DNA of 64,000 nt from Gemmatimonadales bacterium. GTDB lineage: Bacteria > Gemmatimonadota > Gemmatimonadetes > Gemmatimonadales > GWC2-71-9. The stretch lies in the NCBI GenBank assembly GCA_050184075.1, contig JBFXAS010000003.1:1856-65855 (forward strand), read 5' to 3'. The notes under the pieces are model-generated. The model had not been told where the DNA came from. It searched no databases and saw only the letters and a program-made list of their open reading frames with translations. The position numbers were made by a program, and so were the translations under genes. This document shows positions 45,176 through 54,645 of this stretch, piece after piece; positions within the stretch are counted from its first letter, which is position 1, and each line of letters begins with the position of its first letter.

Positions 45176-47899
45176 ATGGCCTGGCTACCCGACAAGTACC
45201 ACGCGCTCCGCGAGCTGCTCCGGCGGGGCGATCCGGATCCCGACATCCGGGACGAGCTGGCGCATCATCTGGCGGAGCGGATCACCGAGAATCGGGCCGC
45301 CGGGATGGACCAGGAAGCGGCCGAGCGGGAGGCCCGCCAACGTCTGGGCGATCTGGAGCACTATCGGAGGGAGACTGGGCGGATCGACCGGGGCGAGTGG
45401 GGTCGGCGGCGCCGCCGAGAGCGGTGGCGCGACCTCTGGCTCGGCCTCCGTCGGGCGGCGCTCTCCCTCCGGCGGGCGCCGGCGTTCAGCCTGACGGTGG
45501 TCCTGACCCTCGGGCTCGCGATGGCGGGTCTGACCGCCAGCTTCGCGCTGCTCGACGCGGTGGTCCTGCGTCCCCTGCGCTACCCGGGCTCCGACCGACT
45601 GGTGCGGATCTATCATCCGGTGCCAGGCGTGGGGGCGGACGCGAGGTGGAACATCTCGTCGGCCGAGCTCTTCTACTTCGACCGCGAGGCGCGCTACCTC
45701 GATGAGGTCGCGATCTATCAGCTCAACCGGGTCGGTCTCTCGGGCGACGACGGCAAGACCAAGCTGGTGAATGGCGCGCTGATCTCCGCGAAGCTGCTCG
45801 ATCTGGTGGGTGCCCGCGCGCTCGTGGGCAGGCTGCTGGTGCCCGAGGACAGCTACGCCGAGGCGCCCCGGGTCGCCGTGCTCGGCGAGCGGCTGTGGCG
45901 CCAGCGATTCGGCGCCGATCCGGCCGTGGTGGGGAAGATCGTGCGGTTCGAGGGGCTCGAGCTCGAGGTGGTCGGGGTCGCGTCGGTCGGTGCCGACCTT
46001 CCGGACTGGCCCACGGACGTCTGGGTGGCGTATCCGCTCGATCCCAAGGCGCCGGCCTACAACACTCACGTCTACCGGGCCGTGGCCCGGTTGGCCGACG
46101 GCGCGACGCTCGAGCAGGCGGAGGACGAGCTCCTAGGCTTCGTCGCCCGGTATCCCGAGATCTTTCCAACGGCCTACAACGCGCACTTCATGGAGTCGTA
46201 CGGCTTCACCGTCTCGCTGGTGCCCTGGCGGGACGACGTGATCGGCGCGGCAGGAAAGACCCTCTGGCTCGTGTTCGGGGCCGTCGGCCTGGTGCTGGCG
46301 ATCGCCTGCTTCAACGTCGCCAGTCTCTTTCTGGTGCGGGGTCAGGATCGCGAGGCGGAGGTCGGCATCCGCGTCGCCCTCGGCGCGGGCCGCTGGCAGC
46401 TGATCGGCCAGCAGCTCGCCGAGTCGCTGCTGCTCGCCGGGCTCTCCGCCGCCGTCGGGTTGGCGGTTTCGGCGGCGATCCTCCCGGCGTTCATCGGAGC
46501 GGTGGCGGAGGGGCCGAGCCATGCGGGAGACCCGATCCTGCCGCGCCTGGCCGAGGTGGGAGTCGACGGGGCGACGGTGCTCTTCGCGCTGGTCGTGGCG
46601 CTGGTCGCGGCGTTGGTCTTCGGTGTCGGTCCGGCCCTCGCCCGCCGAGGCGACGCCGGCCGATTGCTCGGCAAGGCGCGGGGCGCGTCGCTTTCGCGGG
46701 CGGCGGTCCGAGCCCGGAGCACCCTGGTAGTGGGGCAGGTCTCGCTCGCGGTGGTCCTGCTCGCGTCGGCCGGACTCCTGCTCCGGACGGTCCAGCGCCT
46801 CAGCGCGGTCGATCCCGGCTTCGAGCCGGAGGGTCTGTTCGCCATGGACGTGGCGGTGCCGTTCAACCGATATCAGAGTTACGACAAGACGACCCAGTTC
46901 TGGAGCGCGCTGGTCGAGCAGGTCCGGGCGGTTCCCGGGGTCGAGAACGCGGCGGTGGGCTCCGAGCTCCCGCTCGAAGCGGGCGATGGCTGCTCCCTGC
47001 TCGCTGGCGAGGGGCAGGATCCGAGCGAGAAGGCTGCCTGCTTGCCATCGGCGACGGTCAGTCCGGGCTATTTCGCGACGCTCGGAGCGACGGTGGTCGG
47101 ACGCGAGGCGACCTGGGGCGAAGCCACGGGGGCCACCGCCGGCGCCCTCGTCTCGGGGCGATTGGCGAAGCGGCTGTGGGGCGATCGCGATCCACTCGGG
47201 CAGGGCATCAAGGTCGACGGGGTGCCGCGACCGCCCTTCTTTCCGGTGACCGGCGTGGTTCGGGGACTCAGGTTCCACTCGCTCGAGCTCGATGAGCCGG
47301 AGATCGGCTTCTACCCGCTCAGGCCGCTGCCCGACACCTGGCTCTGGCAACCGCCGGCCCGGATGGCGCTGCTGGTGCGGGCCTCGGGCGTGTCGCTCGG
47401 CGATCTGACCCGCGCGGTCGAGCGGATCGGGTCCGGCCTCGATCCGGAGGCGGTGGTGGCCAACGCCCGCGCGATGACCAGCGTGGTCGGGCAGTCGATG
47501 CAGCGGGTCCGACTCACCGGCGTGCTGCTGACCCTGGCAGCGCTCGTGGCGCTGGCGCTGGCGGCGATCGGTCTCTACGGGGTGATCGCCCAGCTGGTGC
47601 TCCGCCGCACTCGGGAGATCGGGATCCGGATCGCGCTGGGCGCCGAGGCGGCCCGGGTGCGGCGGCAGGTCGTGGCCGAAGCGGTGCGTCTCGCCGCGGT
47701 TGGCGCGGTGGTCGGCGGGGCCGTCGCGATCGTCGCGACGCGGGCCCTCCGCTCGCTCCTGTTCGGGGTGGAGCCAGGGAACCCCGTGGTGGTAGGTCTG
47801 GCGATCGCGATACTCCTGATGGCGGCGTTCGTGGCCGGTCTGGTGCCGGCCCGCCGGGCCAGCCGGGTCGATCCGATGGAGGCGTTACGGGCCGAGTGA
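45176..47899 (+). CDS. duplicated FtsX/MacB-type ABC permease (ADOP family), second paralogue
   Basis: Trimmed to ATG 45176. Same architecture as 29809..32511, ending VPARRASRVDPMEALRAE (the paralogue ends LPALRASRAEPVEVLRGA). Confidence 0.88.
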   Translation: MAWLPDKYHALRELLRRGDPDPDIRDELAHHLAERITENRAAGMDQEAAEREARQRLGDLEHYRRETGRIDRGEWGRRRRRERWRDLWLGLRRAALSLRRAPAFSLTVVLTLGLAMAGLTASFALLDAVVLRPLRYPGSDRLVRIYHPVPGVGADARWNISSAELFYFDREARYLDEVAIYQLNRVGLSGDDGKTKLVNGALISAKLLDLVGARALVGRLLVPEDSYAEAPRVAVLGERLWRQRFGADPAVVGKIVRFEGLELEVVGVASVGADLPDWPTDVWVAYPLDPKAPAYNTHVYRAVARLADGATLEQAEDELLGFVARYPEIFPTAYNAHFMESYGFTVSLVPWRDDVIGAAGKTLWLVFGAVGLVLAIACFNVASLFLVRGQDREAEVGIRVALGAGRWQLIGQQLAESLLLAGLSAAVGLAVSAAILPAFIGAVAEGPSHAGDPILPRLAEVGVDGATVLFALVVALVAALVFGVGPALARRGDAGRLLGKARGASLSRAAVRARSTLVVGQVSLAVVLLASAGLLLRTVQRLSAVDPGFEPEGLFAMDVAVPFNRYQSYDKTTQFWSALVEQVRAVPGVENAAVGSELPLEAGDGCSLLAGEGQDPSEKAACLPSATVSPGYFATLGATVVGREATWGEATGATAGALVSGRLAKRLWGDRDPLGQGIKVDGVPRPPFFPVTGVVRGLRFHSLELDEPEIGFYPLRPLPDTWLWQPPARMALLVRASGVSLGDLTRAVERIGSGLDPEAVVANARAMTSVVGQSMQRVRLTGVLLTLAALVALALAAIGLYGVIAQLVLRRTREIGIRIALGAEAARVRRQVVAEAVRLAAVGAVVGGAVAIVATRALRSLLFGVEPGNPVVVGLAIAILLMAAFVAGLVPARRASRVDPMEALRAE

Positions 47900-47982
47900 C
47901 GAATCCGATGCCGTTTGGTGGCTTGCTCAGGGTGGCGGCGCCTTTCTAATTTTGGCCGACCACCACGGGGGCAATCCGCCGG

Positions 47983-49104
47983 ATGCCGGAAGGATTCCGA
48001 AGCTCCGACGAGTACGACGAACAAGCCCACCAGCTCTACAATCAAGGTCGCTATGACGAGGCGTTGCTCGTCTTGCGAGACGGTCTCTACGTCTACCCGT
48101 CCGCGGTCGAGCTTCACGTCGGCATGGGGTACGCCTATCTCGCCCGGGAGGACTTCGCCTGGGCGCGGCAGGCGTTCGTGCAGGCGCTGGTGCTCGAGCC
48201 CGATCACGAAGACGGACTGGCCGGATTCGGCGAGACGCTGCTCCGGATGGGCGATTCCCAGGCGGCGATCCGGGTCTTCGCCAGGCTGCTCGAGCTCGGG
48301 TTGCAGGAAGACCACGATCTGATGCTGCAGGTCGGCCGCGCCCTGTTTCGCGACGGGTTGGCGGCCCAGGCGCACCGGTTCTTCGAGCTCGCGGCGGCGG
48401 CGGAGCCCGAGTGTCCGGAAGCCGCCGCCTGCATGGGGTACGTCAGCCACCGTCTCGGCCGGGACGCGGCGGCGATGTTCTGGCTCCGGCGCGCCCTGGA
48501 GATCGACGGCGCCTTTGCCGAGCCGCGGATCTACCTCGCCAACATGCTCTACGATCGGGGCGAGAGCGAAGCCGCGATGCATCAGTACCGGCACACCGGC
48601 CCCGAGGAGCACTATGAGGAGCTCGGGATCTACCGGGTGATCGAGCTGCACCGGACCATGTTCCGGATGTCCGACGACGATCCGGCCCTCGAGCCCTGGT
48701 ACCAACGGCTGCTCGAGCTGAGCGAGGCGATCGACCCAGTCGACGACCTGCTAGCCGAGATCGAGGCGGTGCAGCACGATGGCCGGCCTCGCGATCCGAA
48801 CCAGCTGGAGCTCTTCGGCGCACTGGTGTCGGAGCCCGCCCAGATGCATCGGCCCCCGTCGCTCAGACCCGACCACCACCAGGTGGCCACGTTGGCGGGT
48901 CAGCTCTTCCGCGGTACCTGGGACGACATCCTGGAGCAGCTCCGCGCCGCCGACGAGGGGGCGTGGGGGCTCAGCCTGGCCGAATTCATGGTCGGCTATG
49001 CCCGGCGTGGCCGCCAGGAGACCGGGGTGGTGATCCCGGTCACCAGCGCCGAGGCGTTCATCCGGGGCAGCGCCGAGGCCGGCACGCTCCGCATCCTCCA
49101 GTAG
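47983..49104 (+). CDS. TPR repeat protein
   Basis: 373 aa. Several TPR-like units (YNQGRYDEALLVLRDGL, GYAYLAREDFAWARQAFVQALVLEPD, ...). TAATTTTG box at 47947..47954. Confidence 0.75.
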   Translation: MPEGFRSSDEYDEQAHQLYNQGRYDEALLVLRDGLYVYPSAVELHVGMGYAYLAREDFAWARQAFVQALVLEPDHEDGLAGFGETLLRMGDSQAAIRVFARLLELGLQEDHDLMLQVGRALFRDGLAAQAHRFFELAAAAEPECPEAAACMGYVSHRLGRDAAAMFWLRRALEIDGAFAEPRIYLANMLYDRGESEAAMHQYRHTGPEEHYEELGIYRVIELHRTMFRMSDDDPALEPWYQRLLELSEAIDPVDDLLAEIEAVQHDGRPRDPNQLELFGALVSEPAQMHRPPSLRPDHHQVATLAGQLFRGTWDDILEQLRAADEGAWGLSLAEFMVGYARRGRQETGVVIPVTSAEAFIRGSAEAGTLRILQ

Positions 49105-49157
49105 GCTCGGCCCGCCCGCCTCCCGCGCCTCGGCCCGGGGCGTGTTTTATTCCTGAC

Positions 49158-51767
49158 ATGATTCGTCCCGAAACCCGCTGGGCCGCCGGCGTCGAGCGCC
49201 GCGTCCTTCCCAACGGCCTCACCGTGCTGGTCCAATCCGACCCGGCTGCGCCGGCCGTGGCCGTCGTCACCCACGTCCGGGCTGGCTTCTTCGACGAGCC
49301 GGACCACTGGCAGGGAATCAGTCATGTGCTGGAGCACATGTTCTTCAAGGGGACCCCGACCCGGCCGGTGGGGCGGATCGCGAACGAGACCAAGGCGTTG
49401 GGCGGCTATCTCAACGCCTCCACCGGATACGACGCCACCAGCTACTACGTGGTGCTGCCCGGCGACGGGTTCGAGAAGGCGCTGGCGATCCAGGCCGACG
49501 CGCTGCAGCACGCCTCGCTCGACCGGGACGAGCTGGCTCGCGAGCTCCGGGTGATCATCGAGGAGGCCAAGCGGAAGCTCGACTCGCCCTCGTCGGTGGC
49601 GCACGAGACCCTCCACGCAGTGCTCTTCGACCGGCACCGGATCCGCCGCTGGCGGATCGGCACGGAGCCGATGCTCGCGGGCTTCACCCGCGACGACGTG
49701 GCCGGCTACTACCGTTCCCGCTACGTCCCGGGCCGGGTGATCGTCTCGGTGGTGGGCGACGTGGAGGTGAATCAGGCCTTCGAGGCGGTGGCCGATGCCT
49801 ATCGCGCCTGGCCCGCCGGTCCGGATCCGGAGCCAGACGGGCCGGCGGAGCCCTGGCGGCGAGAGGTGCGGTCCCGCACCCTCCGCGGCGACGTGACCCG
49901 CGCCGAGCTGGTGCTTGGCTGGCGAGGCGTACCGTCGCTCCACCCCGATTCGGCGCCGCTCGACGTGCTCGCGGCCGTGCTCGGCCTCGGCCGGGGCAGT
50001 CGGCTCTACGCCGCGCTCCGGCGGACGGGGATCGTCACCTCGATCGGGGCCTATCACTACTCGCCCTCGGAGGTCGGGGTGTTCTCGATCGCCGCCGACC
50101 TCGGTCCGGACGCCCTTGACCGCGCCCTTGGCGGGATCGCGACCGAGCTCGGAGCGCTGCAGCAGGAGCCGCCTTCCCAAGCCGAGCTCGATCGGGCCAA
50201 GACCATCCTCACCGCGCAGTGGGCCCGCCGGCTCGAATCGGTCGAGGGCCGGGCGTCGACCTTCGCGGCCGCCGAGGCGGTGCGCGACCTCGGGATGTTG
50301 GACGAGGAGTACGCGGCGATGATGGCGGTCACGCCGACCGAGGTGACCAGGGTGGCCGCGCATTATCTCGGGGCGGACGCGGTCGGCGGGGTCGCCTACC
50401 TGCCCAACGACGACCCGGGTGAGCTCACCGCGGAGCGGCTTGGCGCCGCCTTCTCGAACCCGACACCACGAGTCCAGACGCGGGCGGCCGGGGCGACCAT
50501 CGAGGGCGCCCCCGCCGTCCGGATCGGACCCCGGACGGAGACGGCGGGCGTCGCGCACCTGACGCTCGACGGCGTGGACCTGTTGGTTCGGCACAAGCCG
50601 GGCGTGCCCCTGGTGTCGCTCGGCGTGTACCGGCGCCGGATCGCCCCGGACGCGATCGAGACCGCAGGGCTCGGCGCCCTGACGGTGCGCTCGGCCGCGC
50701 GCGGCGCCGGCGATTGGGACGCGGCGGCGCTCGCCGATCTCTTCGAGCGGCTTGGGGGCGGTCTTTCGACCAGCATCGCGTCGGACTGGTTCGGCTTCGG
50801 CGCCTCGGTCCTGAGCGGCAACCTCGCCCCGGCCGCCAAGCTCCTCCGGACGGTGCTCTCCGAGCCGCGTTTCGAGGAGCGGGAGGTGCTCCTGGAGCGG
50901 GCCACGCAGCTGGACGAGGTCACCCGCGCGCGCGACGACATGTTTCGCCATCCGGTGCAGCTCGCGTTGCGCGCGGCCTTCGACGGGCACCGCTACGGGG
51001 TGCCGGTCTCGGGTCTGCCCGAGTCGTTGCCCGGTCTGACCCGGGATCAGGTGGTCGACTGGCATCGCGACGAGCTGGCCCGCGGTCGGACGACCGTGGT
51101 GGCTGTCGGCGCCGCCTCGGAGGCGGAGATGCTCGGGCTCCTGGCCGGCGCCTTCGGCGATCTCCGCGGGTCCGCGAACGACCTGGAGCCGCCGCCGGCC
51201 CCGCCGGCGGGCCGGGAGCAGCGGATCGAAACTCGCGAGAAGTCGCAGACCGCGATGGCGATGATCTTCCCGGGTCCGGCGCGTCGCGATCCCGATCGCT
51301 ACGCGGCCATGGTCCTCGCCACCGTCGCGAGCGGGCTCGGTGGCCGGCTCTTCGAGGCGCTCAGGGACAAGCGCTCCCTCGCCTACACCGTGCTCCTCTC
51401 GAGCTGGCAGCGGCTCGCGGGCGGCGCCTTGATCTCCTACATCGCCACCTCGCCCGATCGCGAGGTCGAGGCGCGGGAGCAGATGCTGGTCGAGCTGGAG
51501 CGCTTCCGCCGGGAGCCGATCGACCTCGAGGAGCTCGAGCGCGCGGTCAACTTCCTGGCGGGTCAGGCGGCGGTTCAGCGGCAGACCGGAACGGCCTGGG
51601 CCTCCGAGATGCTCGACGCCTGGCTGCTCGGGACCGGGCTCGACGAGCTCGAGGACCCGGCGGCGCCCTACCGCGCGGTCACCCGGGAAGAGGTACAGCG
51701 GGTGGCGGAGCGCTATCTCGACGCGTCGCTCAGAGCGGAAGGCGTGGTTCGCGGCGCGAGCCGATGA
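49158..51767 (+). CDS. M16 family zinc peptidase (fused active plus inactive halves, duplicated)
   Basis: Trimmed to ATG 49158. Inverted zincin motif HxxEH in GISHVLEHMFFKGT; 869 aa. Confidence 0.88.
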   Translation: MIRPETRWAAGVERRVLPNGLTVLVQSDPAAPAVAVVTHVRAGFFDEPDHWQGISHVLEHMFFKGTPTRPVGRIANETKALGGYLNASTGYDATSYYVVLPGDGFEKALAIQADALQHASLDRDELARELRVIIEEAKRKLDSPSSVAHETLHAVLFDRHRIRRWRIGTEPMLAGFTRDDVAGYYRSRYVPGRVIVSVVGDVEVNQAFEAVADAYRAWPAGPDPEPDGPAEPWRREVRSRTLRGDVTRAELVLGWRGVPSLHPDSAPLDVLAAVLGLGRGSRLYAALRRTGIVTSIGAYHYSPSEVGVFSIAADLGPDALDRALGGIATELGALQQEPPSQAELDRAKTILTAQWARRLESVEGRASTFAAAEAVRDLGMLDEEYAAMMAVTPTEVTRVAAHYLGADAVGGVAYLPNDDPGELTAERLGAAFSNPTPRVQTRAAGATIEGAPAVRIGPRTETAGVAHLTLDGVDLLVRHKPGVPLVSLGVYRRRIAPDAIETAGLGALTVRSAARGAGDWDAAALADLFERLGGGLSTSIASDWFGFGASVLSGNLAPAAKLLRTVLSEPRFEEREVLLERATQLDEVTRARDDMFRHPVQLALRAAFDGHRYGVPVSGLPESLPGLTRDQVVDWHRDELARGRTTVVAVGAASEAEMLGLLAGAFGDLRGSANDLEPPPAPPAGREQRIETREKSQTAMAMIFPGPARRDPDRYAAMVLATVASGLGGRLFEALRDKRSLAYTVLLSSWQRLAGGALISYIATSPDREVEAREQMLVELERFRREPIDLEELERAVNFLAGQAAVQRQTGTAWASEMLDAWLLGTGLDELEDPAAPYRAVTREEVQRVAERYLDASLRAEGVVRGASR

Positions 51768-52467
51768 AGATCTCGCGCCGCCAGGGGTCGGTGGAGCAGG
51801 TGACCTCGAATCCGGCCTCGGCGAACCAGCCCAGCCACTCGTCCCTCCCGAAGAGGCCCTCGATGTGCCGGTCGTGCTCGACCGCGATCGAGCCGTCAGG
51901 GTGGCGCATCACGAAGGCGTAGTCGACCAGGCAGGTACAGTCGGTCGGATCGGGGTCCCAGGTCCATTCGAGGTAGCGGAGCGCGCGGCCGTCGCGTCCG
52001 TCGTGGCCGCCCCAATCGGTGCCGGGTTGGAACGACTCCCGCACGGCGTCCGGGAGCACGGCGATGGCGCCTCCCTTGCGGAGGTGCGCGGCGGCGGTCG
52101 CGAGGGCCGCGCGGACCGCGTCGGGATCGGTGGCGTACATGATGGCGTCGTGGATCAGGACGACGTCGAAGGTTCGGCCGAGCCGGAGGGTTCGCATGTC
52201 GCCCTCCAGGTGCTCGCACTCGGGGTTCACTGCGCGGCTGACCTCGAGCATGCCCCGGGACCGGTCGGTCAGGGTCGCTCGGAAGTGGCGCTTGAGGTGG
52301 AAGGCGAGGCTGCCGCCGCCGGAGCCGAGCTCGAGCAGGGTCTCGAGCGGTCCTTCCCCGGCCGCGCGGATTCTGGGCAGGAGATCGTCGGCCTCCTCGT
52401 CGTAGCTGTCGGGCGGGGAGAGGAGAGGCCACCACTCGGCCAGGTGCTCGTAGAGACTTTGACCCAT
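51730..52467 (-). CDS. class I SAM-dependent methyltransferase (TylM1/DesVI-like fold)
   Basis: 245 aa. Motif I LLELGSGGGSLAFHL, then GDMRTLRLGRTFDVVLIHDAIMY. The 3' end overlaps the convergent M16 gene by 38 nt. Confidence 0.8.
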   Translation of the reverse strand: MGQSLYEHLAEWWPLLSPPDSYDEEADDLLPRIRAAGEGPLETLLELGSGGGSLAFHLKRHFRATLTDRSRGMLEVSRAVNPECEHLEGDMRTLRLGRTFDVVLIHDAIMYATDPDAVRAALATAAAHLRKGGAIAVLPDAVRESFQPGTDWGGHDGRDGRALRYLEWTWDPDPTDCTCLVDYAFVMRHPDGSIAVEHDRHIEGLFGRDEWLGWFAEAGFEVTCSTDPWRREIFIGSRREPRLPL

Positions 52468-52473
52468 GGGCGC

Positions 52474-53175
52474 TCAGGCCGAGGAGAGGAAGTCGCTCGC
52501 GCTCGGGCAGCGGCTGGCGAGCGGGCATTCGTCACAGTGGGGCCCGGTCCGGCGGCAGAGCGTGGTCCCGTGCTCCTCCAGGAGCGCCGCGAGCGCCGCC
52601 AGCGCGGTGGGGCTCTTGGGCAGCTGGTCGGCCAGCGCGGCTTGGGCGGAGCGGTAGGCCGCCGCATAGCTCCCGCGATCACTGCCGAATCCGAGCCGGT
52701 GCGCCACCCGGAGTCCGTTCGACTCGAGGCCGAGCACGGCGTGGGCACCGCAGGCGGCGAGAATCCGGTCGGCGCCGGGGGCGCCGATCATCGGAAAGGC
52801 CTGGAGCACCTTGCGCGCCTGTGGGAGGGGGACGTCGAGCGCGGCGCGGAGGTCGCCACCGTGGCGCCGCTCGACCAGCGTCGCGCTCTGCTTCATCCGG
52901 GCCGCGCGCTCGTCGGCGGCGATGGTGCCGCCCGCGCGGGCGATCGCCCGCAGCTTGGGGAGCGGCGCCCCGGAGATCTCCGCCGGCGAGAGGCCGATCT
53001 CCGACTCGAGCCGGGCAAACGCGGCGCGGCGGGTCTCCCTGGGCACCAGGTAGCCGACTTGCTGATAGAGAACCTGCCGGAACGGATCGGGGCCCGCGGG
53101 CCAGGTCGGCGGGCCGTGCCGCTTCTGGAGCGTCTTGCGCACCCAGGCGAGGCCGACCGGCCGGGGCCTGGCCAT
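52474..53175 (-). CDS. endonuclease III-like HhH-GPD protein with 4Fe-4S cluster loop
   Basis: 233 aa. HhH region and the C-terminal Cys ladder CRRTGPHCDECPLASRC. Confidence 0.75.
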   Translation of the reverse strand: MARPRPVGLAWVRKTLQKRHGPPTWPAGPDPFRQVLYQQVGYLVPRETRRAAFARLESEIGLSPAEISGAPLPKLRAIARAGGTIAADERAARMKQSATLVERRHGGDLRAALDVPLPQARKVLQAFPMIGAPGADRILAACGAHAVLGLESNGLRVAHRLGFGSDRGSYAAAYRSAQAALADQLPKSPTALAALAALLEEHGTTLCRRTGPHCDECPLASRCPSASDFLSSA

Positions 53176-53177
53176 GA

Positions 53178-53636
53178 TCAGAACATCGACATCGCGAGGA
53201 GGCTCCGCATCTGTTCGTTGGCGGAGCGCAGCCGGGCGGAGAGCTGGAGCACCATGGCCCGCATGATCGCGTAGCCGAGCTCTCGATCGAACTCGAGCAC
53301 CAGCTCGAGATCCGGCCGCGAGATGGTCACCAGGGTGCAGCCGCCGTTGCTGTAGGCGTCGGTCGACCGGGTCGAGCGATCGAAGACGGACATCTCGCCG
53401 AAGCAGGCCGGCCGCTTGAGGATCGCGAGCGCCTCTTCGCCGGCCGCCGGGATGTCGCGACTGATCCGGACCTGACCCTCGGCGATCAGGAAGAGCCGGT
53501 TGCCCGGCTCGCCTTCTTTGAAGATGGTCTCGCCTGGCTTATAAGTTTGGGTCTGGCAAATCCGCGCGATCTCCGCCCGCTGGGCATCGTTCAGGGTGGC
53601 GAAGAGCGCGCTCTCTTTGAGCAGGTCGACCGGCAT
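53178..53636 (-). CDS. stand-alone cyclic-nucleotide-binding domain protein
   Basis: Trimmed to ATG 53636. LFATLNDAQRAEIARICQTQTYKPGETIFKEGEPGNRLFLIAEGQVRISR...CFGEMSVFD is a CAP-effector-type cNMP domain. There is no DNA-binding domain. Confidence 0.8.
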   Translation of the reverse strand: MPVDLLKESALFATLNDAQRAEIARICQTQTYKPGETIFKEGEPGNRLFLIAEGQVRISRDIPAAGEEALAILKRPACFGEMSVFDRSTRSTDAYSNGGCTLVTISRPDLELVLEFDRELGYAIMRAMVLQLSARLRSANEQMRSLLAMSMF

Positions 53637-53639
53637 CCA

Positions 53640-54215
53640 ATGAACTCGGCGCGACGGGGAGTAGAGTCGCAAGGTACCGAGGCCCTCCGGGGCCAACAAG
53701 CGCGCCGGTGGAGCGCTGCGGACGCGCTCACGGTGCTCCGGATCCCGCTCGCCGTGGCTTTCGTGTTGGTGCCCGACACGACGACCCGGGTGGTGATGCT
53801 GACGCTGGCGGCCGGCAGCGACCTGATCGACGGGGTCGTGGCCCGCCGTTTCGGCGCGTCGAGCCTCGGGGTGTTCCTCGATCCGGTCGCCGACAAGCTG
53901 TTCATGGCGGCGGCCTTCGGCGTGGTGCTCTTCTCGGGCGCGCTCCATCCGCTCGAGATCGTAGGCGTGCTGGCGCGGGACATCGCGGCGGCGCTGGCGT
54001 TCCTGGTCACCGTCGTGCTTCGGCAGCCGGCCTCGATTCCGGCCCGGGCCGGGGGCAAGATCGTGACCGTGGGTCAGCTGCTCACGCTGCTGGCTTTTCT
54101 CCTGGACTCGTCCTATCTCCGGCCGCTGGCCTGGGCGACGGCGGCGATCGCGCTCTACGCGATCTGGGACTATCAACGGGTGGCCCGCGACCAGGCGCGT
54201 CGCGTGGGCGGCTGA
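53640..54215 (+). CDS. CDP-alcohol phosphatidyltransferase family protein
   Basis: Motif GSDLIDGVVARRFGASSLGVFLDPVADK (D-x2-DG-x2-AR...G-x3-D-x3-D). ATG 53640 is the only in-frame start after TTG 53547. Confidence 0.8.
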   Translation: MNSARRGVESQGTEALRGQQARRWSAADALTVLRIPLAVAFVLVPDTTTRVVMLTLAAGSDLIDGVVARRFGASSLGVFLDPVADKLFMAAAFGVVLFSGALHPLEIVGVLARDIAAALAFLVTVVLRQPASIPARAGGKIVTVGQLLTLLAFLLDSSYLRPLAWATAAIALYAIWDYQRVARDQARRVGG

Positions 54216-54229
54216 GACAAGGAGCGTCG

Positions 54230-54640
54230 ATGTCGAACGTGCGGGTGGCGGAGGTGGAATGGCAGGGCGGGATGCGTTTCCAGGGCGGCAGCCCGGACGG
54301 CCCCACGCTCCTGATCGACGCCGACGGCCAGGCGAGCCCCGGGCCGATGATCTCGCTGCTCGTGGCCGCCGCGGCGTGCAGCGGGGCGGACGTGGTCAGC
54401 ATGCTGCCCAAGATGCAGGCGCAGCTCCGGCGCTTTCAGATCCGGGTGACCGGGCTCCGGGCCGAGGACCATCCAAGGCGCTATCTCAAGCTCCACTTCG
54501 AGATCTCGATCGCCGGCGACGGACTCGACGAGACCAAGGCCCGGCGGGCGATCGACCTCTCGTTCGAGAAGTACTGCTCGGTAATGAAGAGCCTGAATCC
54601 CGACATTCCCGTGAGCTACGACCTGGTCGTCGGCGACTAG
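54230..54640 (+). CDS. OsmC/Ohr family protein
   Basis: AAGGAG lies 5 nt upstream of ATG 54230. Conserved Cys pair context LVAAAACSGADVVSML and FEKYCSVMKSL. Confidence 0.85.
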   Translation: MSNVRVAEVEWQGGMRFQGGSPDGPTLLIDADGQASPGPMISLLVAAAACSGADVVSMLPKMQAQLRRFQIRVTGLRAEDHPRRYLKLHFEISIAGDGLDETKARRAIDLSFEKYCSVMKSLNPDIPVSYDLVVGD

Positions 54641-54645
54641 GCCGG

